Below are positions 35,801-47,800 of a DNA stretch of 64,000 nucleotides, one piece after another. How positions within the stretch are numbered: the first letter of the stretch is position 1; each line of letters opens with the position of its first letter. The position numbers and the translations under genes were made by a program. The notes beneath the pieces are model-generated. The model ran no database searches and had not been told where the DNA came from. It saw only the letters and a program-made list of their open reading frames with translations. The stretch comes from Raillietiella orientalis. Its lineage: Eukaryota. The stretch is from the NCBI GenBank assembly GCA_036172245.1, contig JAYWIR010000006.1, positions 3,224,001 through 3,288,000 on the forward strand, given 5' to 3'.

Positions 35801-38800
35801 CGTGAGAACGTATCCCGGAGTCAATGAGGTGTAGAAAAGTCGCAGTTCAAAACTAACATCAGGTATCTTCACGTTTATCCAGATTTGATGATATCGGAAG
35901 CAGTGCGCCGGCTGCTCGTTATTAGGTCGATTTAAGAAGCGCGTGCCTTCTTCTTCTTCTTCTTCTTCTTCTTTTCTTTCTTCCTTTCTTCCCCATCCTC
36001 CCTCCAGCAGCACCATCTTCGCCTTCCCTCCTGTGCACTGACAGGGGTCTCGTGCGAAGGAGCACCCGCAGCGCTGCAATTGAACTCGGGAAGACTTCTC
36101 CTCCGATGTCGTCTCCTTCGGTCGCTTCCGAAGAAGCTCGTCTGACCTCGTCCTACCGAGTCGAATCCGCCGTTCGCTGCAGGCGGAGGGTAGAGGGGTT
36201 CTCAACCCGTCGCCTTGAAAGCGGCTTCCCTCTCGTCCGGAGGGAAAACCTACGTTTGTTTTGGGTGTGTATGTGGGAGGGGGGGGGGGACCTACTTTCT
36301 CCCGGGAGCAGGCAGAGGCGTCGGGAAGCGAGCGGGGCGCCGTCCTCTCGGCAGCTCTGCAATCGCGAAGAGCGCGCGGCGATCTCTTGTGCACACCGCA
36401 TCCCACGCAGCCCGGTCGCGAAGAGTCAGCGCCGTGTCATCATCATCTTCGCGGTGGAAGTGCCTCGAGGGATTCGCGGGGAGGCTGCTAGCCGCCGTGC
36501 TTCCGTGACCGTGGTCAGATCTTTCTCCTCCAAACAGCCGCAAGAAACCGGTCGCTCTGTCTTGGGCGTGTGCCCAAGACTGCATGTGGCGCGACTGTGG
36601 TTCTCTGATGGCTCTGGCGTTTGCCGTGGTCCGGTTGGGCCGGAGGCGAAAAAGCGGCACGTGCGGGGGGGCAGGGAGCCAACCGAACGTGCTTCTCGCG
36701 CGCCGGGATCGCGCGCGGAGGAGCGAAAGGGAGGCAGCAGAATTCCAGAAAGGTCCAGGTCCCCGCGCGACGTGAGGGACGTGCCAGTGCTTCGGAAGTT
36801 TTGAGAGGAATCTTCTCCGGCGCCATGTCGCTGGCGCCCAGCAAACCAGCAGATGTCTCTCTGTCGCTCTCAGGAGAATTCATCCTTGTTTTCTGGGCGA
36901 CGTAGGAAGCTCCATTTTCCTTTCCCTTTTCTTCCGCTCACCTTTGCGGACGTCGTGGAGGAGGAGAGGGTCAGCGGGCCCTCAGTTCGTCGGCCGGTAG
37001 GGGAACCCCAGGGAGCGGCACGGTGGTTCTCGGGATTCCACGAATCGGCGAACTTCCTGGACGCACCTTTTCAGCCCCGCATCCACCCGCGCCATCCATC
37101 TTCAGCTTCCACGTCGCACCGATAAGTCTGGGCTCTATTTGTCTCCCCCCGAAGCGGTGCGGCACCTCAGGTGGCGTGGTGGCGATGTTTCGAGGCAACC
37201 GATGGTCTGCACCCTTTTTTTCTTTTTTTTTTAATCTTTTGCATATCCCGGATCCCTCCCACCCTCCTGCCACGTGAGGACCGCTGAATGCGCTCCGTGT
37301 CTTTGCGCGCGCACGTGAACGTCCACGTCCATCCGCGCGATAAGAAATTCTCCAGGAGCGGTCGGAGTGGGGATAGCCCCTGTTCCCCCCAGTTTATCGG
37401 GATGCTCTTCGCCCTTTCCCGTTCCCTTGTCACCTTCCCGGGTTACTCTAGAGGACGTCCTTGGTCTTTTCTTGAGATCCGCGCGCCAAGACTAACCATC
37501 CCGTGTCAAACCCGTAGCGGTCGCAGCATCGACGAACTCGATGGATGCAGAGTCCGGGACGAGGCCCGTGGGAAGCTGTATTTGAGGTACCAAAGAGGGC
37601 GCCGCCAGCTCGTGAAAGGTTGGGCGCATCGGCGCCCGCGGACGACGGTCGGTCCGGCCACGCGGTGCGCGTGCTCTTTGAGGACGTCTTCCACGAGCTT
37701 CCCGTCCTCTCTCCCTCTCGTGGCTTCTTGCCGTCTGCCCGTGCCCGCCGTCCACCGGATGCGGCGGCTGCATCTCTCCGCGTGCCGTCCCGGTGGGTGC
37801 GCTGTGCCGCGCGCGCTCCGCCGAAAGCTTCCTCGCCTCCCAAAGATCCACCCGTACCCGTCCTTTTTTTTTTTTTCTTCTTCTTCGAAACGGCGTCTCG
37901 AAGAAAGGCAGGAAAGAAAGAAAGAAAGGAAAAAAAATTCTTTCCTGGTTATCCCGCGTTCGACAGTTTTCAATTCGTGTTTACACTGAGCTCATCACGA
38001 GTCCAGAGTTTTACGTTCGGAATGCATCGCCAGAAATTATTTTTCTTAGTCCCACTGTTTACACGGAGGCGCGTTGTTTACTCGTGCGCATTCGCCGTGA
38101 AGCCCAACAGCTTACGTGTGGGAATATTTGGTGCTTTTGAAATTGCAGCACCTTTTGTTGACTGAAAAGAATTTGCAAGAGATCCGTCCGCTCCCAATGC
38201 CTCGCAGCCAGTGCTGCCGAGTGCCGCTCGCAGACCGGCGCGCGCCCCGAATGCCTCTCGGAGCATGCCCTCCTCCCGGACGCCACCTAGTCGCCCGTCG
38301 GAGCCCTGCCAGCAGTAAGTCGCAGTGACTCATTCTGGGGGGAGGGAAAGGGGGGGGGGGGATCGACGCGCATCCTTCGTGTGCCCGGCGTGCGTGCCGT
38401 TTTCCTGTACGCGCATCGGAGGTCCTCGCGCGAGCGCTTCCGACGCGTGGCGGGGCGCGAAGTCCGACCGGAACAGCCTTGCTCCCGGCGCTGCGGAGAG
38501 ACTCGGGCGGAGTCACCACCTCGGATGGCGGCGGGATGCGTTCCGCCCCTCGCCAGGCGTGCGCGCACCCGCCGTCGGTGCGCGCGCGCGCGCTCGGGGA
38601 GGGAAGAGGACGGATGGATCGAACCGCACCGGGTCACCCCGTGGCCGCTTGGAAGGCCTGCGGCCCTCTTCCGTGTGAGAGGAGGCGAGCCGAAAGTCTT
38701 CGGGGGCTGCGAACCGCCGCCGCGCGCGCGCGCGCGCTCCTCCGGGACAGCAACACTCGAGACGAGCATTGCTGCATCGTTAGAGCGTAGTGTAGGTTGG

Positions 38801-41800
38801 CAAGGAGGAACCCGTCGCTCAGCAGTTCGTGATTGCTGCCGCCGGTTGAGTCAGCAGCCCCGGAATCCCCAGGCGCACACAGGACGGGAAGCGACATCTG
38901 TCCCCGTGTGTCGCTTTCAGTCTTGCTCGTAGGGATTTTTTTTTGTTCATTGTTCCTCTGAAGAAGCGGGAAAATTGGTGGTTCGTCCATTGGTCGCTGC
39001 TGCCGCTGCGGTGCGGCATCGAGATGGGGAGGGGGGCCGCTTGCCGCGTCGCGCCGAGGAGACGGCTCGTCTTGGAAAGGTTCTCTTCCGGAGGGGAGGT
39101 GCCGCGGCGCACCACCGCCGCCGCCGCGCTTGCAGTCGATCCGAAAGGGACCAGACAGAACACACGTGCACGCGCTTCCACGCACCCCTCTCCGCCGCGG
39201 AGGAAGGGACCTCGAGACCTCGGTCAGCTCCACCGCGGTGCGGGACCTTTGCTTGCGCTCCACCGCCGACAAACCCCCTACCGACGCGTGTCGCGGCTCG
39301 CCCCACGTACATGAGCCGCGCCGGCCACGTGGGGTAGCAGCATTTGAAACTGCTCCGGCGCGAAAGACGGCGGTAGGCGCCACGAGAGCGCGTGCCGGTG
39401 GCCGTTCGCGGGTTGTTTGTGGTGGCTCTGTGGCACCATTATGGGTCTTCGCTCTTCCCGCCGGGTGGCTAGTGTCCGTTGCAAGAGAAGAGTGTTGTCA
39501 TGCGAACGCGAGGGTGTGCGGTCTTCCTGTGCAGTGTCAGCTGCACTGACACTGAACGGCTGAATTGGGCTCTCTCCTCCCCCCCCCCCATTCTTCTCTG
39601 GCTGTTGTACGTACCGATCACGCAGTGTTCGCTCTTCTTTGAGCACGAAGTGAAGCGGCCCCTCGCACGGGCGGTGTTTCCTCGCCATCGCGAGCCAAAA
39701 GAAGGGAAGAAGGAGTGACGGAAAATGCTGGTGTCGATCGAAGATCCCTTGGCGGCGAAGGTTCCGCCTTACACGCCTGGACTCGAATAGACCTTGGGAA
39801 CCCTGCTGCGAGGAGTGGAGAAGGAAGAGGAGCGTTCGTGTCGCGACGGTCACCCGGTACCGTTCCGGGCATAGGGAGACTGGAACGCGAAGGTGTGTGT
39901 GTGTGTTTCGCGTTCTTCGGACCGACGTCCGTCGCGAGCGAGGTCGTTGTGGTGCGCGCGCGCGCGGGGGGGAGGGGTGCTCACAGACCAGTCCTGTTTG
40001 TGGGGAACCCTTCCGATGCTGCCTTTTTTTTTTTTTTTTTTCAAAAAAAAAAAAACTTCTCCCTGGAGGCGTCTCTCAGCTTCGGAAGATGCTAATGAGG
40101 ATTTCAGTTTGATGGGCCAACGCGTAATTCAGGGAAATGGACCCTCCCAGCGCATCTTCAACAGCGCATCTGATTTCATGCCCGTCAGCATTAGGATCAT
40201 GGGCGCCCGGTTCCTCCTCCTCGGCTCCAGGCATCCACCCGCTCGGCGTCTTTCGCATTTTTTTTTCCTTCCTTTTTTTCCCTCCTCCTCCTCTTCTTCC
40301 TCCTTTTCCTCCTCTTCCTTCCGTACCGTACCCCATCCGGAGATCTATTTATGCCGTAAGAGCAAATACTCACGAAAGGGAATTAGTATAAATTAATATT
40401 CCTGTCACGGGCGCAGATGATTGGAATGACAAATTGTGGTACTCGCATCTTCATGGCGTGTCAATTCTTAATTCCTCCCATTATCCGCGTTTATTTCCTG
40501 CGGAGGATTCTCAGGTGACGCTCATCCGCCTTATCGAGCGATGCCTCAATCGAACAGCGGCAACTTCCAAGTCACCGAGGGATCCCGGAAGGAAGGCAGA
40601 AGTTACCATGGACACACACATCGGCTGCCGAGGGGACGATTCCGCCCCTCTCCCGGAGCCATTCCGCGGTGTCGTTCGGGCCTATTTTGGAATCAAATGT
40701 ATTGCAATTATCGGCGTATCCCTGAGAGATTCATTTGCTCTCCGAGGATTATGAGATGCGTTTGTTGGATGCTGGATCCTCATCTAGCTTTTTTCCTCTC
40801 TCCTCCCCCCTCCATCTTTTCTCCCTTCATGTATGTATGTATGTATGTATATGTAGATATACGTTCGGGAGTGCGGACCCCCGCACTTCCAGCGGAGGAA
40901 TCTCTTGGAGACCGGCTGACTTTTAGATCAGGGAAAAGGGCCGGGGAGCAGGGGGCAGGGAGGTCAGAAGTCGCCTCGCTCTTCATTCTCTTCATCCGGC
41001 GTTGACCCGAATTTCCCTGATGATGGTCGCAAGCGCCTCCCCTTCCCGCTTGCCGTGGTGGCGGTTCCGGTAATGGCGGGGCTCCTAGAGGGTGACCCGC
41101 TCGCGGAAGGTCGCTGCAATGCGGGCAGCAGCAAAAAGCGAGGCCATCGGCGGTCACAGCGAACGCACGCCCAGGTCTTCCTCCTACCCACCCCACTTCC
41201 TCTTCATCTCTCCCCAGTCCTATTTTCCGTTGGGAGGACGTGGAAAAATCGAAAGCGCTCCAAGACGCCCACCCCCATCTGGGTTTCACGAGCTCCCGAA
41301 CCACACCGTACGGAGGACTCTTTTCCCTCCCTGCTCCCTGAAGACAAAAAAAAAATCGGTAAAAGGAAGCCACGCCAGTCGCGAGGGGAGGAGGGCGGGA
41401 GGGCATGCCTTTTGCCCGGACACGAAGCACCTGCGCTCTTTCCACCTCACTGCGAGTCGACCCCCTCCTCAGCTGGGTCTCCCCCGCACCTTTCGTTCCC
41501 GGGCAGAAGAAATCGATCCGCTTCTCTACCTGCGCCCTTCTAGCCCCCTCCTTCCCCCGACGAAGCCTGCCCGAGGCTAGCGCGTCTCTCCTGGAAGGGG
41601 GGATCGCTAGAAAGGTGGAGCGCGGTTCTTCCTGTTCGGGGATGTCGGGAGGCGCGCCTCCCCGAGTCAACATTCTTCTGCCGTCTCCGAGAGAGCGTGT
41701 TTCCGCGCTTCGAGAGGCTTTCCTTGCCACAGATGCGTATCCATGTGGAAAGGGGGGATCTGGTTGTTGCATGCGGCGTGTTGATCTCGTCGTCGGCTCG

Positions 41801-44800
41801 GAGGAAAAGTCGTAAACAAGCGGGCGAACGTAGCCGAGGGAACGCGCCAGATCCTACTGTAGCTTCGGGTGCACGCCCGTTGCCGGACCGTGGGCAGGCA
41901 GGCAGGCAGGCACTCCCTCCCCTTGTTTATCCAGTCGTGGCGGTCGCTTCACGTCGGCCGGTGCACGCAGGCGTACAGTCGCGGCGTGGTTCCCATGGTG
42001 AGTGTGCCTCTCTCTCTCCTCACACGCAGTACCCGCCCGATCTGACAAGATCGAAAACGACGCCAGAAGTTCCGCGAGGAATTTCTCCTCCGCTCTCGGC
42101 CGGCAGCGCGCCCGGTGCGCAGGCGCAGAAGCGCGGGCGAGGAATTCGAAACGCTGGGCCATTCGCGCCCGCCGGAAAGCAGCGCGGCGGCCGAGGCGGC
42201 GAAGGTCCGGCATGCATCAAAACAATCTGCGAGCCTCCTTCCCGGCACGACCCAGCGTCCCCTGACGAGGTACATCTGAATGTGGGAGCTTCGAGGAAGC
42301 GGCGTGGTTCGGAGCGCCGTGCGGCGGCAGCTGATCCGGAAGCTGCGAGCGCGGTGAGTACGTTGTCCCTACGCGACGGGGCGAACCCACGGTACCTCGA
42401 GGGCGGAAAAGGCGGCGGTGCAGCGTTTCTCGTTCCGCACCCTGCAAACTCTTCGCTCGGCCTCTTTGCGGGTGTTGTGGGTGCATGTGTCTCGGTCCAC
42501 CCCCGCTGGCGGCGACCTTCGCACGTCGACCTCGAGAGCTTCGGTGAGCTCCAGGGTGCTGGGGCAGTTCGGCAGCGCTTCCGCGCCAGGGAGTCATCCC
42601 CCACCCCATTCGGAGCGAACCGCCCCCACTATCGCGGATTCCGAGTCGTCCAGACGCGCCTACTACGGTCGCAGGAAATCTTGCTCGCACCTCAGCAAGG
42701 CGGGGTCATCGCGTTCGGCGTTCCTGCCCCACAGGCTCCCGGGACGAAAGCACCCTTCGCCATCTGCCACCGGTCGAGGTCGCCTTCGTTCACCAAAGCG
42801 AAACACCGAAACGGAGAGAAAAGGTGCATGAATCAGGATAGGTGCATGGGTGGGGGTTGGTTAGTTTCGTATCCAGCTTGGAACTGCCGATCCCAGAGCC
42901 GAGTGGTCATCAGCCCCCATCGCCCTCCAGCACCCTGGTTGCATCGATCCTTTCCATTCACTCTTTCCTTACCATCACATGTCTCCGCCGTGTTGTGTTT
43001 TATCGTATTTTATTCATTTTTATCGGACGCGTGCGCGTGTACGCTTGCGCGTACACTTTCGTGTGCATTAATTTTTCTCTTCTCAATGCGTGTTCATTGC
43101 AGTTAGGTTTCTATAAAGAGTCCAAGAAGACAAGTGAGAAGGCTATGCACAGTATTTATGTTCCCGATGATAAGCGGGATAACGCTAGCCCCCTGCATTC
43201 GCTCCCGGCTTCCGACCTGCACCAGCTGCAGCAGATTTTGCAGCAGCAGATCCTGAACCCCCAACAGTTCGGACTGCAGTCGCTGATACACCACCAGAAT
43301 CTCCTCTTTCAGCAACAGCAAGTGAATATTGCTGAGACGTTCGACTCATCCCGTTCATTGTCGATTTTTCTCTTCAGCACCAGCAGGGCTTAGCAATGGC
43401 CGAGCTGAGCCCCAAGCAGCTGGAACAGGTGATGCAGCACCTTCAAGAGCAGCTGCAGATCAACCTTCTGCAGCAGACGCAGCTTCTTCAGACTGCCGAC
43501 AAGAAGAAGACGGGAGCTGCTCTTCAGCATCTGGGCATGCAGCAGCAGCAGCTCATGCAGCAGATGCAGCTGGCCCAGCGACAGTACCTCTTGCACCAAG
43601 GTCTCGGTTTGCAGCACATGCTCTTCCAGCAGACAGGTTCGGACGGGGCCGCAGAAGAGCGAAAGAAAATTCACTCCTTCCTCCTTCCCCCCTCTAGGGA
43701 TGAACGGCTACGAGGTGAAGGAGAAGAACGTGCCCAGTCTCTCGGAGAGCAAAGGGATGTCTCCTTCCCCGAATTCGCGACCTTTCGCTTCCAGGCAGGG
43801 AGGTGAGTGCGCGCAGGGAGGCGCGGAAAATCCCTTGAAAGAAAGCGGCGCGACCTCGTGAAATTCAGGGTTGCCAAACCACTGGTCGTCGTCCCGTCCG
43901 GATTCCGTGAACGGCAACTCCGAGGCGGACAGCGAGTCTCAGAAGGGAGGCAGCGAGAAAACGTACTCTTTGTACGGCCACGGTGTCTGCAGATGGCCCG
44001 GTTGTGACACAGTCTGTGATGATTTGGATTCTTTTCGAAGGCACGTCTCTTGAAACGGAGGCAGGGGGTCGTGTTTTTTCCCCTCACCGGCCCCGTTGAT
44101 TGCAGGCACATGAATTCCGAGCACTCGTTGAGCGACTGCTCCATGGCACAGACGCGCGTGCAGATGGAAGTTGTATCGCAGCTGGAGCAACATTTGGAAA
44201 GGGAGCGCTGCCGCCTCCAGGCCATGATGCAACACCTCCACATAAGCAAATTGCAAGATCTAAGCAAGTTTCCAGATCAGACGCAGGTTTACCATCCTTT
44301 CGTTTTTCAACAGCAACAGCAACAAAAAAAAAAAAAATGGGAGAATTTGATTGTTGCGCCGCTCCACTTCCGCTTCCTGACGGTCTTTCTAATTTCAGAT
44401 GTCTAATCCAAACATAAAGTACTCTTCAAATGTCTTGTGCAATATGCCTATGCCTAATCTCTGTTCCTCGCCTTCAACCCACACTCAGGTACCTCCATTA
44501 TCCATCCAGAACTTGATCGGAGTGCAAAATTCAAGAATCGCTTCCCTGCTGCAGCAGCACTCCAATCCCTCTCCAGCCACCCCAGTCAGAAGGCGTGTCA
44601 GCGACAAAGCACTTCTTTGCCCTGGTAAGTCCGCGGGAAGGTGGCGCACCGGGACGCGGGGGCCCCCGCTCTCTGTGCCGCCGCCTTTCGCTCCCCGAAG
44701 GCGGAAGAGGAGGAAGAAGAAACGCCCCGCGCGCTTCGTGCGCACTCTCGCGAGCGAGCGCGGGCCAGCGCGCAGTCCCGCACTCGCCGAGCGCGGTCCT

Positions 44801-47800
44801 CCTCGGAAAACGCGCAGGGGAAATCAGCAGCGGGGCGGAAAGGTCTGCGTGCTTCTTCCTCCTCCTCCCCCCTTTTTCCTCTTCCTTTTTCCTCCTTTTT
44901 CGTTCTCCTCCTCTTTCCTCTCTCCATTCTTCCTCCTCCTCCCGTTCCCTCCCTTCCTCCTCCATTCTTCTTCCTCTTCCTGCTCCTCTTCTTCATCCGG
45001 TGGCACAAGAGAAGACTTCTCGCAGGCCCCGTCCGACGTGTGCGACCTACTTGAGGTGCCCCCCCCCCCCCCATCGGCAAGGTGCGAAACTCCCCTCGGG
45101 ATGCTGGCTCTGCGCGTCGTCCCCTGCCTTCTCCCCCGGTGGATTTACGGCTGCCTCTCTCGCATCCCATGGATTCCTCCAGTCGGTCCGTCCTCGTCTT
45201 CCCCGTTGCCGGCGAAACTTCAAGGTCACGCTTACCTCAGCCGCGTGCGCGGAGAGAGCCACAGGAGCAGTCCGGTCCTTCGGGAATCGAGAGATTCCCC
45301 ACCCACGCCCGTCCCTGCTTTGAGTGAGAGGAGTCGATCCCCCGCATCCGGGAACTTCGGTCGGTCCGGGAAGTTCCGGAATGACCGGAGACGCAGTTCC
45401 GCGCACCTGGTGAAGGAGCCGTCTCCTCGCCGAGTTCGCGTGGCTCCGCCACCAGGGCGCGCACGGCCGCGGTTGACGTGTGTGTGTGTGCGTGCGCGCG
45501 ACTGCCGGCAAGCTCCGGTCGCAGGGGGGAGGGTCCTTTCGATGGTTGCGGCGGCGGCCCTGAAATCCCCTCGGGATTTTCGCCCCTTCCGCTCTTCGCC
45601 GCCGTCGTGCGTTCGTGCGCCTTTCGCTTTCGCGGGACCGAGACGTCAGCGGAGGTTCCGAATTGACAACCCTTGAATGGCAAATCGCCCATCGAGTCAC
45701 GGAACCGCCGCGCCATCGCCGTGCCGCTGGCGATGAACGCAGCTGAACCCCCCGCGCGCGCGCGCCACATCGAGCGGTTTGCGCCAGCCGGCGCGCTCTG
45801 GACGGACGGAGACGTGGAAGACGCCGCTAATGGCCGCAGCACACACACACACACACCCTCGGGGACAGGGAGCAAGATCCTCCCGTAGGATCCCCATCGG
45901 GATTATCCTGTAGGTCCGGGCGGAGTACCCGCCCCACGCCGGCGAGGAAGCGGAAATTCCGGGAACGGAGTTCCGACAAATCCGGACGGCACCCCTGCCT
46001 CCTCAGGAGCCTTTCGCGCACGTGCGAGTTGGTCTTCGGCCCGCGCACCAAAGGCGGTTTCCCTGTCCCTCCCTCCCTCCCTCCCTCCAGATGAAACGAG
46101 GCACCTACGGGGAATTTCGCAAGCAGCAAACAGAATCTGGAAGAACAAACAAACAAACGCTGCGTGGGACGCGTGAATGAAGTTCAGCTGAAACTTCCGC
46201 GGCCCCATTTCCCCCACCCTCCCCCGAAACAAACACCGCGACTGCCAGCGTCCCTGCGCCTTGCTTTTGACTGTGCTTTCGTCGCTGTTCATTTGCGCCT
46301 CGTGAAGTGTTCCTGGGCAAGCGGCCTCCCCAGCAGGACACTCTTGGATCCTTCCGCGGAACCGCGGCACAAAGGTCCCGTGACGTCGGCATCCAGCTGG
46401 GGGTGGGTGGGCATCGGCGTCGACCCCACGCCGAACGTCCCATTGGAAGTAAGGAAAATCGGCTTGCGCTCCGCCGCGCCGCGGGCCCTGCCGGAGTTCG
46501 CCGTGTTCCCCTCCCTTGCGTCCGTTGCCGACCATCGCCGTTCCTGAAAACACCGGGAAACTCCCTCCCAACCTCCGGGAAGCTACGGCGTGACTCTGCG
46601 GCATCGCACCGGAAGGAGGCCTCGTTGCATCCCGACTGCTCGTTCCCGATCGGCGTGACGAGGCTTCGTTCGCCCGCAAGCGCCCTGTCGGTTGGCTCCC
46701 TCGCCGCAGTAAGGCGCTGCTGATGCGGAACATTCGAAGGCCCGCGAAAAGGAGGAAAACATCTGAAAGTTTTCTGCTGCTGTTTTCGAGGCAACCCATG
46801 TGCTTTGCTGCACTGCGTTCGCAGGAGCCCCCCGGGAAACCGGGAATCGAAGACCTCGTCTTTCGTTCAGTTGGCCTCATTCTCTGCGCTGCTACCTCCA
46901 GGGAAGCGGACTGCTGCCGAAGTTCAGCTGCTCCGTCCTTCCCGTGGCCGGGACTTCCATGGTGATCGAAAACGCGGTTGGTCAGACGCGCTGACCACCC
47001 CTTCGTAGGGTGGGATGGTCAGCCTGTCCTTCTTCCTCCCGTCATCGCCCATCTCCCGCGTCGCCATGTGCTCCGTGTGGCCTGCCTGTCGGCGAACTCC
47101 CCCCGGGGGCATCACGTATTCTCCCTCCTTCCCGACTTCCTTCCTCTTTCGCGTTAAAAAGTTTCGCGTCCCCCTCCTGCCTGGATCGTCCTCTCGCGGC
47201 CCTCTTCTCCCTCTGGAAGCCTCGGGGGCATTCGGGGGCCGGCAGCGGCTCCTCGGTCTCTCGCTGCCCCCGGAAAGTGCGCGCCGCTCTGGAGCAGCAC
47301 CGCCTTCTCCTGGAACGAGGAAGCCAAGGCGCCGCGCGTCGGGCGCGCGCGCACGGACGAACGTCCTGGGCGCGCGGTCGGCGTCTGTGGCAGCCCCCCC
47401 CCCCCCCCCCGCGCCGGTGTCCGGGGTGCGTGGTCCCCAACTTGGGAGTTGGGTCGCGCAGTGCTCTCCAGGGCCCTCGAAGCGGGCGACGCGTGAAATA
47501 CTGGCGCGGCAGTCGCGCGGTAAGCGGTGTTGAGGCAGTCGCGCGTAATTCACGGAAAAGAAAGGGAAAGAATAAGATGAAAATAAAAAGGAAAACAAAA
47601 AAATTCAAAAATGCCTTTGCAGGTCCCTACGACGAACCGACAGCTAGAAGACGGGTGGCTGAGCGGTGCAGCATCGACATTTCCGAAGGTAAATCATCTC
47701 GTGGTGAAATGCGCGCTTCGTTTCTTTCGCGAAAGATCTCTCTCTCTCCCCTGTTCTTCGTGGAGGCGCCACCGTCTCTGCCGGAAGAAAGAGAGGTCCG

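Noticed and set aside
44045..44109. GT…AC or U12-type reading of the zinc-finger intron
   Set aside because: Arises only by sliding along the AGGCAC repeat; no U12 donor (RTATCCTT); GC-AG fits the major-spliceosome consensus
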